From positions 5,664 through 69,663 of the forward strand of contig CAVQMZ010000024.1 of NCBI GenBank assembly GCA_963713725.1: a DNA stretch of 64,000 bases. The letters are read 5' to 3'. Positions 9,660 to 19,454 of the stretch are shown piece after piece. The position numbers and the translations under genes are program-made. Below the pieces are notes generated by a model, which saw only the letters and a list, made by a program, of their open reading frames with translations, was not told where the DNA came from and ran no database searches. This DNA comes from an uncultured Bacteroidota bacterium (GTDB taxonomy: Bacteria > Bacteroidota > Bacteroidia > Bacteroidales > GCA-2748055). Numbering within the stretch: the stretch's first letter is position 1; the number at the start of each line of letters is the position of its first letter.

Positions 9660-12563
9660 ATGGGCAATCGAAAGTTCCTTTTGTTTATAGGCTTGTTTGC
9701 ATGGGGATTACAAATTCATGCCCAAATTGAAGATATAGGATTGCCTTTTATCAATAATTATTTGCATGAAAAGTACAACGCAGGAACACAGAACTGGTCT
9801 ATTACCCAGGCTTCTGATGGTCTCATCTACTTTGGGAATAACAAGGGCGTTTTAGAGTTTGACGGGACCAGCTGGAATCTCTATAGTTTACCCAACAATT
9901 CCATTGTCCGATCAGTTAATTGGATAGACGGCAAGCTATATACAGGCGGATACAACGAGTTTGGATATTTCGCAGCAGATGAAAATGGAATATTTACCTA
10001 CTACTCGCTTTCAGACAAGCTGGCAGAATCTGACCAGACTTTTGATGACATATGGCGTATTTTTTCTACAGAATATGGAATCGTATTCCAGTCTTTTTTA
10101 AAGATTTATATTTTCAAGGATGATGAGATTTCTGTTGTGGCACCAAAATCCAGGTTTGGCTTTTCCTATTTATCGAATAACAACCTGTTCGTAATTGACC
10201 GGGATTTTGGACTTGGTCTTCTGAATTCCAAGGGTACATTCACTGTATATAGGGATACGGAATTCTTCAAGGAAAACGAGATCACCTTTATTATCGACAT
10301 TGATTCGAATGATTACCTGGTAGGGACAACCAGCAATGGCATCTTCCATTTTAACGGGACTGAACTCTCCCCATTGAAGGCTGATATCTCTGAAAGATTG
10401 CAGAAAGAACAGATATACTCGGGCTTAAGGCTTAACAATCAGCAGATTGCTATTGGAACCATCCAAAATGGAGTATATATTATAAACTTCCAGGGGGAGG
10501 TAATTCAGCATTTTAACAGGTACAGGGGGCTTCAAAACAACACCATATTAAGTATGTACCAGGATAAAGATGAAAACCTTTGGCTTGGACTGGATAATGG
10601 GATTGATGCACTGGAGTTGAGTTCCCCCATTAGATCACTGGACTATTTCTATGGTATTGGAACATCATATGCATCCATTGCTCATAATGGTATGTTATAT
10701 ATCGGGACCAACCAGGGATTATTCGCCAAGCCTACTTCCGAGATTGCAAAGGAATCTTTGGATCATACGGAATTTCAATCGGTTGAAGGGGTAGTCGGTC
10801 AGGTATGGTCACTGGGAGAATTCAAGGGGAAGTTAATCTGTGGGAACAATCTGGGAACATTCGTAGTGGATGGCTTCAGCTCTCAACAGATTTCGACTAC
10901 GATGGGTGGATGGAATTATTTGAAAGTTCCGGGGACCGATGATCGACTGATCGGAGGAACCTACACTGGCCTGGAGATTTACGGCTACTCTTCCGGGTTA
11001 CGAAATGGATGGGAGAAGTTGGATGATATCAAAAACTTTGATGAATCCTGCAAAGAGATATTATTTGATGAGAACAAGGATTTATGGATCACTCATGCCT
11101 ATAAAGGGATTTTCAGGTTGAAACTGTCAGATGACTTACGCTCTGTTGACAGTGTAAGTATCTATAAGCAATCAAATGGATTGCCTTCCTTGCCTTACAG
11201 TGTTTCCAAAATCAGAGGCGAGCTTCGTATCGCTACCGGAAATGGGCTTTATTTTTACGACAGCAAGCTGGACAGTTTTTTACTGGATAAAGAATATGAC
11301 CAGTTGTTGAATAATGAACCGGGGCTGACGAAAGTAAGGGAGGATTATTGGGGAGACCTGTGGTATTTCACCACCAGCCACATGGGTGTGCTCCGAAAGC
11401 AGGAGGATGGTAGTTATTTGAAAATTACCAAACCTTTTAAAAGAATTCAGAATAAATTCCTTGGATCGAGTAATGAAAACGTTTATGTATTAGATCGGAA
11501 CAATGTCTTCATTGGAGGCGAGCGGGGGATCTTTTATTATAAGCAGAACAAGCAAAAAAAGTATGACGCGGATTTCAGGACTTATATATGGAAGGTTGAA
11601 CTCAATGGAAAAAGACAAGATTCGGTCCTCAATTTCAGGGGTGTAAATCGAGAAAATATCGAAATACCGTACCGTTTGAACTCTATTGTAGTTAATTTTT
11701 TTGCCCCTTTTTTTGAAGCACCTGGTTATATTAATTATTCTTATAAACTGGAAGGATTTAATAATAATTGGTCTCCCTGGGAGTCCAGGAATATCAAAGA
11801 ATACACCAACCTCCGGGAGGGTGATTATGAGTTCCTGGTTAAGGCAAACAACATTTATGACAACATCAGTGATGTGGCTTCGCTGAAATTTACGATCACA
11901 CCTCCCGTCTACCGAACTACTGCGGCATATGTGCTGTATTCAATACTCACAATCCTGATAACAGCTTTTATTATTGTAATGGTTGAGCGGAGGATCAGGC
12001 GCGCAAGGGCCAAAGAACAGATGATCCACAGAAAGGAGATGCTGGAAAAAGAAGAAAAATACCGGGAGGGTGTAAAACTTTCAAACCGTGAAATTGAACG
12101 GCTTAAAAATGAACAGCTTGTTATTGAAATGCGACATAAGGATATGGAGCTTGCCAACTCGACTATGTACCTGGTTAGGAAAAACAAATTCTTAAACCAG
12201 GTTAAGGGCGAAATATTTGATTTAATCGGAAACCTATCCTCCGAAAGCAACAAGCAGGCCCTGCGGAAGATCGTACAAAGGATTGACAGGGATATAAAGA
12301 GCAAGCAGCACTGGAAAGTGTTTGACAAGTATTTTGATGAGGTACACGAAGATTTTCTGTCACGCCTGAAAGAGAGGCATCCCGATCTCACCCCAAAGGA
12401 ATTAAGGTTGTGTAGCTATCTGAAAATGAATATCTCAACCAAGGAGATTGCCCCACTCATGAATATCTCTGTTCGTGGTGTGGAAATCAGCCGCTACCGT
12501 CTTAGAAAGAAGTTGAATATAGATCAGGGTGTTAATTTGACCGAATATATCCTGGGCATTTAA
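9660..12563 (+). CDS. one-component PUL regulator: periplasmic two-component-regulator-propeller/Y_Y_Y sensor, one TM helix, coiled coil, LuxR-type HTH
   Basis: 967-aa ORF with a signal peptide, repeated G.w.GT..GL propeller-like units, a Y_Y_Y region (YSYKLEGFNNNWSPW), a TM segment (AAYVLYSILTILITAFIIVMV) and a C-terminal HTH (LTPKELRLCSYLKMNISTKEIAPLMNISVRGVEISRYRLRKKL). Confidence 0.8.
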   Translation: MGNRKFLLFIGLFAWGLQIHAQIEDIGLPFINNYLHEKYNAGTQNWSITQASDGLIYFGNNKGVLEFDGTSWNLYSLPNNSIVRSVNWIDGKLYTGGYNEFGYFAADENGIFTYYSLSDKLAESDQTFDDIWRIFSTEYGIVFQSFLKIYIFKDDEISVVAPKSRFGFSYLSNNNLFVIDRDFGLGLLNSKGTFTVYRDTEFFKENEITFIIDIDSNDYLVGTTSNGIFHFNGTELSPLKADISERLQKEQIYSGLRLNNQQIAIGTIQNGVYIINFQGEVIQHFNRYRGLQNNTILSMYQDKDENLWLGLDNGIDALELSSPIRSLDYFYGIGTSYASIAHNGMLYIGTNQGLFAKPTSEIAKESLDHTEFQSVEGVVGQVWSLGEFKGKLICGNNLGTFVVDGFSSQQISTTMGGWNYLKVPGTDDRLIGGTYTGLEIYGYSSGLRNGWEKLDDIKNFDESCKEILFDENKDLWITHAYKGIFRLKLSDDLRSVDSVSIYKQSNGLPSLPYSVSKIRGELRIATGNGLYFYDSKLDSFLLDKEYDQLLNNEPGLTKVREDYWGDLWYFTTSHMGVLRKQEDGSYLKITKPFKRIQNKFLGSSNENVYVLDRNNVFIGGERGIFYYKQNKQKKYDADFRTYIWKVELNGKRQDSVLNFRGVNRENIEIPYRLNSIVVNFFAPFFEAPGYINYSYKLEGFNNNWSPWESRNIKEYTNLREGDYEFLVKANNIYDNISDVASLKFTITPPVYRTTAAYVLYSILTILITAFIIVMVERRIRRARAKEQMIHRKEMLEKEEKYREGVKLSNREIERLKNEQLVIEMRHKDMELANSTMYLVRKNKFLNQVKGEIFDLIGNLSSESNKQALRKIVQRIDRDIKSKQHWKVFDKYFDEVHEDFLSRLKERHPDLTPKELRLCSYLKMNISTKEIAPLMNISVRGVEISRYRLRKKLNIDQGVNLTEYILGI

Positions 12564-12716
12564 ACCAGCAATATCCCCACCTTAAATTTATCTCTTCCAG
12601 TGTAAGCAAACTATATGCCTGATCTCGTATAGATACAAATGAGATAACAGGAAAAATTCACCGAAGTGTTTTTTATAGTTTTTAAGTGTCATAATATCAA
12701 GTGTATAAATATTTAA

Positions 12717-12766
12717 TGATGTGTATTTGATGTATGTATTTTAAGACTGTGATGTAGTCTTGATGA
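12717..12766 (+). promoter_or_regulatory. four phased TGATG(T/A) direct repeats plus a short palindrome upstream of susC; candidate regulator binding sites
   Basis: TGATGT occurs at 12717, 12728 and 12750, and TGATGA at 12761. The spacings are 11, 22 and 11 bp. The palindrome AAGACT..AGTCTT spans the third copy. The whole block lies about 100 bp upstream of ATG 12860. Confidence 0.35.
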
Positions 12767-12859
12767 ATGTTAATATTTGCTTTGAATAATAGGCTGGCCT
12801 AATTTCAATCTCTCAAACTGACAATCGACGCGCTAAAAACACTATTAAAACTGCGATAT

Positions 12860-15800
12860 ATGAAAAAACTTTTTACAGTTATGATCCTAATCTGTTTAGT
12901 TGCCGCAGGTATAGGGCAGGAAAGGGCTATCAAAGGAAAAGTGACAGACTCGGAGACTGGGGAGAATCTTCTGGGTGTTACAGTTTTTATTGAAGGAACA
13001 ACAAGAGGTGCAAGTACAAACTACGACGGCGATTATACTATAATGGCTGCCGATGGGGAGCTTATTGTTTTCTCCTATGTGGGATATAATACAATAAGAC
13101 AAACCATCAGTGGACAGGAAGAGCTTAATATTGCGCTTGTGGCTGAGTTTCAGGATCTAGATGAAGTCGTTGTTGTAGGCTATAGCACTCAGAAAAAAAG
13201 CCTGGTCACAGGTGCAATCTCTAAATTAGACGCCGACGACCTGAACAAGAATGCAGCAAGGGTCGAGCAGGCGCTTCAGGGGAAATCTGCGGGTGTTAAT
13301 ATTATACAGGAGTCGGGATCCCCCGGGGCCGGATTATCGGTGCGGATCAGGGGTACCAGCACAAATAAAAACTCGAACCCACTTTATATCGTGGATGGAA
13401 TGCGTACAGGGGGCATAGATTACCTGAACGCAAATGATATTGAATCCATTGAGATACTGAAAGATGCAGCTTCAGCTGCCATCTACGGCGCAGAGGCTGC
13501 AAACGGGGTGATCTTAATAAGCACCAAAGGAGGGTCTAACACAGGGCAGTCGGTGATCAATTTTAATTTCAGCTTTGGATTTCAGCAGCTTGGAAAATCT
13601 GCCGAGGTGCTGAATGCAGAACAATATGCTACCTATTACAGGGAAGGCCTTCGCCATGAAATTATAAGTGACAACGTAGGTTTTGAAATTCCTGATGCAT
13701 TGTTGGAGAGGTTTGTAGACGCGGCCTATCCTTTCAACCCGGATACCCTTGGCCGGGGGACTGACTGGCTTGGTGAGGTCTTTCAGCCGGCGCCCATGAG
13801 CGAGTACAATTTGTCCATCAGCGGCGGGAATGAAAAGACCTCTGTGTTTGCTTCCGGATCCTACTATAACCAGGATGGCATATTGGGGGGGGCGAAAGCC
13901 AATTTCAACAGGTATACCACCCGCCTGAATATTTCTCACAGGGCCAAAGACTGGCTTACCTTTGGAGCAAATATCTCTTATACGCACATCAATCGTACCT
14001 CAATTGATGAAAACAATGAGTTTGGAGGGGTGATCTCAAATGCAATGAATCTGGATCCCCTTACACCTGTTTATTATGAGGATGCGAGCATGATTCCTGA
14101 GAAATACCAGGCACAGATCTATGACAACATCGATGATATCGCCAATTCTTCACTTAAAGCTCCGGGGGACAAAGGATATTATGGCATGTCAACCATCGTT
14201 CAGAATGAAACCAGGAATCCAGTAGCCCAAATTGATAACAAGCATGATGAGTGGAAGACCGATAAGCTACTTGGAGGTGTCAATATACAGATTGCTCCGG
14301 TGGAAGGGCTTACCCTTAAAACAGATTTAAGCATTGATTTGGCATCGGGGAACAGACTGTATTGGACCCCCGTATATTATTACCATTCCATCAACTATAA
14401 TTTCCTGAGTAACACGGGAAATGAGAACAATCAGTGGTTTACCTGGCAATGGGAAAATACGGCTACCTATCGAAAGGATTTTGGAGACCACAGTTTCATG
14501 TTCCTGGGCGGAATTACCATGAGGGAATACACCTATAATTATTTAAGTGGTTTCGGAGAAGGACTCCAGGAGGAATCATGGAATTTTGCTGTGCTGGATG
14601 CTGTCCTGAGTGATTCAACCAAGGCTGCTGCCAGTGGCCGGAGAAACGAAGACAACCGTTTACTTTCTTATTTCGGCCGTGTTCAGTACAATTTCCAGGA
14701 AAAGTATATGGCAGATTTTGTGTTACGGGCCGATGCCTCTTCGAAGTTAAGCGCCGAGAACCGTACAAAATATTTTCCGTCTGTATCAGTGGGTTGGGTG
14801 ATGTCCAGGGAGGGCTTCTGGAACGTACAGGCAATAAATTTCTTTAAGCTAAGGGCAAGCTGGGGTCAGAATGGATCCATTCAGTCTCTCGGCAACTTCG
14901 AATACGTTTCAACCATTAAGACCGATGCGGAATCCTCCTATTATATCAGCGGGGGGACCCGGGTTGCCGGTTCTGAACCCACAGCCCTGAGTAATCCGGA
15001 CCTGGTCTGGGAGACTTCCCAGCAGGTTGATATCGGAATTGACGCCAGGTTTTTGATGAACAGACTTTCATTCTCAACAGATTACTACAGGAAGAATACT
15101 ATCGACCTGATCACCATTGCTTCCATCCCTCAATATGTGGGAAACCATGTGCCCAATGCCAACGCGGGAGATATTACAAATACGGGGATTGAAATGGAGA
15201 TTTCCTTCCGGTCTAAAGCCGGCAATTTTTCCTACAATATTGGGGCAAATGCAGCGTATAATAAAAATATAGTAGCGAATTTAAGCTCTCCGCTGCTGGG
15301 CCAGAATCTGGGGACAACAGGAGCCATTACACGTTCTGAGCAGGGAGCGCCCATATGGTACTTTTATGGGTATAAGACCGATGGGATTTTTGATTCCTTT
15401 GAGGAGATAGAGGCCTATACGAATGCTGAAGGAGAATTAATCCAGCCAGCAGCGATTCCGGGTGACGTGAAATTTAAGGATATAAACCCCGACGGGGTGA
15501 TTAATGAAGATGACAAGACCATCATTGGCAGTCCGCACCCTGACTGGATATTCGGACTGAATGCAAACCTGGGGTACAAGAGTTTCGATCTCTCCTTTTT
15601 CTTCAGTGGAACCCTTGGAAACGAAGTCTATTTCGGGGCCTACCGAACCGATCTCACCGACAACAACAAACCTTTATACTTCTATGAAGAGGCCTGGACG
15701 CCGGAGAATTATACGGATAAGTTTCCCCGTTACACTGTCACTGATAATAATGGGAATTTTTCGCACAACGACCTGTTCGTATTTGATGGCAGTTATGTAA

Positions 15801-16048
15801 GGTTGCAAAACCTGGAGCTGGGATACACGCTGCCCGGGAATATTTCTGAAAGAATTAAGATCAATAAACTTCGGGTCTATGCTTCTGTAAGGAATCTGTT
15901 TGTAATTACAAGCTATCCGGGAAGTGACCCCGAGATTGGGAATAGTGCCGATTCCAATGCAGACAGCGACATGAAAAGTATCGGAGTTGACCGGGGACTG
16001 TTTCCCAGATCAAGGGTTTTTACGTTTGGTATTAATCTGACACTATAA
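12860..16048 (+). CDS. susC: SusC/RagA-family TonB-dependent outer membrane transporter
   Basis: 1062-aa ORF with a carboxypeptidase-regulatory-like N-domain (IKGKVTDSETGENLLGVTV), a plug (DEVVVVGYSTQKK, ILKDAASAAIYGAEAANGVILI) and a C-terminal barrel ending FTFGINLTL. Confidence 0.95.
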   Translation: MKKLFTVMILICLVAAGIGQERAIKGKVTDSETGENLLGVTVFIEGTTRGASTNYDGDYTIMAADGELIVFSYVGYNTIRQTISGQEELNIALVAEFQDLDEVVVVGYSTQKKSLVTGAISKLDADDLNKNAARVEQALQGKSAGVNIIQESGSPGAGLSVRIRGTSTNKNSNPLYIVDGMRTGGIDYLNANDIESIEILKDAASAAIYGAEAANGVILISTKGGSNTGQSVINFNFSFGFQQLGKSAEVLNAEQYATYYREGLRHEIISDNVGFEIPDALLERFVDAAYPFNPDTLGRGTDWLGEVFQPAPMSEYNLSISGGNEKTSVFASGSYYNQDGILGGAKANFNRYTTRLNISHRAKDWLTFGANISYTHINRTSIDENNEFGGVISNAMNLDPLTPVYYEDASMIPEKYQAQIYDNIDDIANSSLKAPGDKGYYGMSTIVQNETRNPVAQIDNKHDEWKTDKLLGGVNIQIAPVEGLTLKTDLSIDLASGNRLYWTPVYYYHSINYNFLSNTGNENNQWFTWQWENTATYRKDFGDHSFMFLGGITMREYTYNYLSGFGEGLQEESWNFAVLDAVLSDSTKAAASGRRNEDNRLLSYFGRVQYNFQEKYMADFVLRADASSKLSAENRTKYFPSVSVGWVMSREGFWNVQAINFFKLRASWGQNGSIQSLGNFEYVSTIKTDAESSYYISGGTRVAGSEPTALSNPDLVWETSQQVDIGIDARFLMNRLSFSTDYYRKNTIDLITIASIPQYVGNHVPNANAGDITNTGIEMEISFRSKAGNFSYNIGANAAYNKNIVANLSSPLLGQNLGTTGAITRSEQGAPIWYFYGYKTDGIFDSFEEIEAYTNAEGELIQPAAIPGDVKFKDINPDGVINEDDKTIIGSPHPDWIFGLNANLGYKSFDLSFFFSGTLGNEVYFGAYRTDLTDNNKPLYFYEEAWTPENYTDKFPRYTVTDNNGNFSHNDLFVFDGSYVRLQNLELGYTLPGNISERIKINKLRVYASVRNLFVITSYPGSDPEIGNSADSNADSDMKSIGVDRGLFPRSRVFTFGINLTL

Positions 16049-17586
16049 TGAAAAATCTTAACAATATGAAAAGCATTAAATATATCATTGTCATATCATT
16101 GCTTCTTTCTACCGCTTGCTCAGATTGGCTGGAATTGGAACCGGTTGGCGAAAAGTTTGAAAGTAATTTCTACCAGAACGAACAAGAGATTTACCAGGGA
16201 CTGATTTCTTGCTATTCCATGCTGCAACCGAAATTTTTTTCCGGTTGGTCCTCTTACTACTTTATGGCAAATTTCCCTTCGGATGATTCGGAAGTAGTTG
16301 GTGGAGGGAAAAGCGACAGGCCCGAATACCATGAAGTAAATGAATTTAGGACACTCCCCACCAACACAGCAGTTTTAGAGCTCTGGAGAAGGGGTTACTA
16401 TGGCATTAACAGGGCCAATGCAGTTATGCTGAATGCAGATCCGGAAGCTTCTGAGAAGTCAAAGGCATATGTGGCCGAGGCGCGCTTCCTAAGGGCATAT
16501 TTCTATTTTGAGCTTGTCAGGTTCTATGGCGATGTGGTTTTATACACCGAAAATCTTGGGGCTGATGCTTATGACCAGGCTCAATCACCCGCAGAAGAGG
16601 TCTATGCTCAGATTATTTCGGATCTGCTTGCAGCCATACCTGATCTGGTTGAGAAAACAGAATTGACCCCTGCCGATAATTTCAGGGCCACCAAAGGAGC
16701 TGCGCAAACCTTGCTGGGCAAGGCTTATCTCTACATGGCATCACCCTATTTTCAGAAACGCTACAGTTTTGACAAAACCGCTGCAGAGTATTATTCGCTG
16801 GCTGCTGAGCAATTCAACATCGTCGTTGGATCTGGAATTTATGACCTGGAACAAGAATACGATGACATTTGGCAGTATAGTAATGAGCGCGGGATTGAAT
16901 CGATTTTTGAAATCGAATATGCCAATATTGAACGTGGCGGTGACTGGGGTAATGGACGTGTGAACGGAGGGAACATTGATGTTCAAATGAGTGGTCCCCG
17001 GTCCATTTCAACTGATACCCTCAATGCCGGCTGGGGCTTTGATATGGTATCAACAGACCTCATCGCCGATTATAATGCAGCAGGGGATATGGTTCGAAAA
17101 GAGGGGACAGCCTATGGGGAAGCATTTCTCACCTCTATTGGAGCTTCGGGCTGGGATCAAAATGAAGACTACACCGGATGGTTCAGTAAGAAGCGGGCGC
17201 CATGGGGTTCCCTAACGTCCTCAAGTGCCCCGGAATGGAATTATGAAACCAATGAAAGGGTGATGCGCTACGGAGACCTTTTGTTGATGCTGGCCGAGGC
17301 CATGATCGGCAGTGGGGCCGGAGATCCGACAGTTCCTTTTAACAAGGTAAGGGAACGGGCTGGACTGGAACCGCTATCTGCAGTGACCATGGATGACATC
17401 AAACTGGAACGAAGGCTGGAACTGGCTATGGAAGGATTTCGATTTATCGATCTGATTAGATGGGGGGATGCTCCATCCGTTCTGGGCGACCTTGGTTTTG
17501 TTGAAAACAAACATGAGGTCTTTCCCATACCCCAGGATGAAATACTGAATTCAAATAATACCCTTATACAGAACGATAACTATTAA
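16048..17586 (+). CDS. susD: SusD/RagB-family glycan-binding lipoprotein
   Basis: 512-aa ORF with a lipoprotein signal (LLLSTACSD). Its start overlaps the susC stop (TAATG). It carries the typical SusD TPR-like core (EARFLRAYFYFELVRFYGDV, RLELAMEGFRFIDLIRWG). Confidence 0.95.
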   Translation: MKNLNNMKSIKYIIVISLLLSTACSDWLELEPVGEKFESNFYQNEQEIYQGLISCYSMLQPKFFSGWSSYYFMANFPSDDSEVVGGGKSDRPEYHEVNEFRTLPTNTAVLELWRRGYYGINRANAVMLNADPEASEKSKAYVAEARFLRAYFYFELVRFYGDVVLYTENLGADAYDQAQSPAEEVYAQIISDLLAAIPDLVEKTELTPADNFRATKGAAQTLLGKAYLYMASPYFQKRYSFDKTAAEYYSLAAEQFNIVVGSGIYDLEQEYDDIWQYSNERGIESIFEIEYANIERGGDWGNGRVNGGNIDVQMSGPRSISTDTLNAGWGFDMVSTDLIADYNAAGDMVRKEGTAYGEAFLTSIGASGWDQNEDYTGWFSKKRAPWGSLTSSSAPEWNYETNERVMRYGDLLLMLAEAMIGSGAGDPTVPFNKVRERAGLEPLSAVTMDDIKLERRLELAMEGFRFIDLIRWGDAPSVLGDLGFVENKHEVFPIPQDEILNSNNTLIQNDNY

Positions 17587-17621
17587 TCATTTAAAAATCA
17601 ATTACTTAAACAATTTAAATT

Positions 17622-19349
17622 ATGAAAAAGATTTTACTAATTAGTTTTGTATTCCTAACGGGAGCATTGTTGTCCTTTGGACAAGTCAACCTCCTTGATT
17701 TTGAATCTGTTACCGACCCCCTGGTTGAACCCTTTGACATTACCTCCTATGAGAGCGCTGTTGCGAATCCCAGCGGAGACGGATTTGTTGGGAAAGTTGT
17801 AAAGGCAGGAGCCACATTCTGGGGAGGAATTAATATCTATTTTGGTGGAGATGTGGTTTTTTCCGGGACCAATGACACAGTTATGGTTGACTTTTATACG
17901 GCCGATGCCGGGATAAATGACTCCATCCTGTTTAAGTTCCAGTTGTTCAATCGCACAGGTGGAGTGGAGACCATTGAGGTTGACCAATATTATACAGATG
18001 TCAACGACACCCAGGTAGGAGCCTGGAAGACACTGAAATTCCCCTTGCCCGATGGTGCCACAGGATCCTATAATCAGATGGTGATATTCTTCGGATGGTC
18101 TTATTCCAGTGATGGGGATAGCTACTACTTTGATAATATCACTGTCCCGGGTTTCACTGCCCACCCGGACACCGATGTGACCTTTAATATTACTGACAAG
18201 TTCAACAACGCCACCGATGTGAAACTGTTCATTGATGGTGCAGAAGCTAGCCTGACCAAGGCAGGGAATGTTTATACCAACACCACTCAATTGGCGCCCT
18301 ATACCATCCTGGTGGGTCAGAATACAGGTTTATATGAGATTGTATATTCTCACATGGCCAATGGAGTAGAGGTAAGGGATACTACCTCACTGGTCTGTGG
18401 TTCAGCTTCCGGAATCCAGGAAATGATCCAGCTTATTATTGTGGAGGAGCTGGAGGATGGAACAGCACTGGCTATCAGCGTGGGGGATACACCTCCGGTA
18501 ATAGATGGAACAGTGGATGATGTCTGGAGCAATGCAAAAACCCACACCCTGCAGGAACGAAGCTGGTGGGGATCTCCTACAGGAATGTATACCTCTTGGA
18601 AAATCATGTGGGATATCGATAATTTATACCTCTTGTACTCGGTGGAGGATGCGACCCCATTTAACGGAAATGAAGTTAATGTTTATGAGAACGACTGCAT
18701 AGAGACATTTTTTGATATGAATCAGTCGGCTGCAACTCCATACGATGCTGACGACTGGCAGATCCGCACTGTCAGGGGGCTTGACACCTGGAGTGGATCA
18801 GCCAATGTAAACGATGTTTGGGCAGCAGACCTTCAAAGGGCTCAATCAATGATGGCCGATGATGCCGGGTATATTGTTGAGCTGGCTATCCCCTGGACTT
18901 CACTTTCGGCTTCATTCCTCCCCCTTGTTGGTAAAGAATTTAATTTCGATGCCTCTTCCACCGATGTGGGTACAGGTGGGGGAGCCCGTCTCTTCAGAGA
19001 GGCCTGGACTACTAACGAAGACAAGGCATATATGAACACTGAGGACTTTGGGACCATCACTCTGTCAGACCTGACAAATGAGGGTGGCGGAACTGCTGTA
19101 GAAAGTAGAGATGTTGCCAATATTTCATTCTATCCAAACCCGGCCAGTGATATGGTAACGGTCCGCTCCGATGTGGAGATATCCAGCATCAGGATCCTGG
19201 ATATGACAGGCCGTACAGTCTTCAATGCCAATTCAATTTACAATTTCACCACGACTGTAAATGTGAGTAATCTTGTAGAGGGTGTTTACCTCTTGAATAT
19301 TTCTGATAAGGAAGGTGGCTTATCTGTTCGGAAATTGAAGGTTGATTAG
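17622..19349 (+). CDS. secreted glycan-binding protein with CBM9-like domain and T9SS C-terminal sorting domain
   Basis: 575-aa ORF with a signal peptide. A CBM9/DOMON-like segment is present (IDGTVDDVWSNAKTHTL...WKIMWDIDNLYLLYSVEDATP...ENDCIETFFDMN). The C-terminus looks like a Por/T9SS CTD (ISFYPNPASDMVTV...GVYLLNISDKEGGLSVRKLKVD). Confidence 0.7.
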   Translation: MKKILLISFVFLTGALLSFGQVNLLDFESVTDPLVEPFDITSYESAVANPSGDGFVGKVVKAGATFWGGINIYFGGDVVFSGTNDTVMVDFYTADAGINDSILFKFQLFNRTGGVETIEVDQYYTDVNDTQVGAWKTLKFPLPDGATGSYNQMVIFFGWSYSSDGDSYYFDNITVPGFTAHPDTDVTFNITDKFNNATDVKLFIDGAEASLTKAGNVYTNTTQLAPYTILVGQNTGLYEIVYSHMANGVEVRDTTSLVCGSASGIQEMIQLIIVEELEDGTALAISVGDTPPVIDGTVDDVWSNAKTHTLQERSWWGSPTGMYTSWKIMWDIDNLYLLYSVEDATPFNGNEVNVYENDCIETFFDMNQSAATPYDADDWQIRTVRGLDTWSGSANVNDVWAADLQRAQSMMADDAGYIVELAIPWTSLSASFLPLVGKEFNFDASSTDVGTGGGARLFREAWTTNEDKAYMNTEDFGTITLSDLTNEGGGTAVESRDVANISFYPNPASDMVTVRSDVEISSIRILDMTGRTVFNANSIYNFTTTVNVSNLVEGVYLLNISDKEGGLSVRKLKVD

Positions 19350-19454
19350 TTATAGTTTCTTATTGTTTAATGAAAGGGGTTGCTCATGGCAACCTCTTTT
19401 ATTAAAATTCTGATCACTAAAGATTCACCAACTCAATCTAAGAAAGGATGTACG

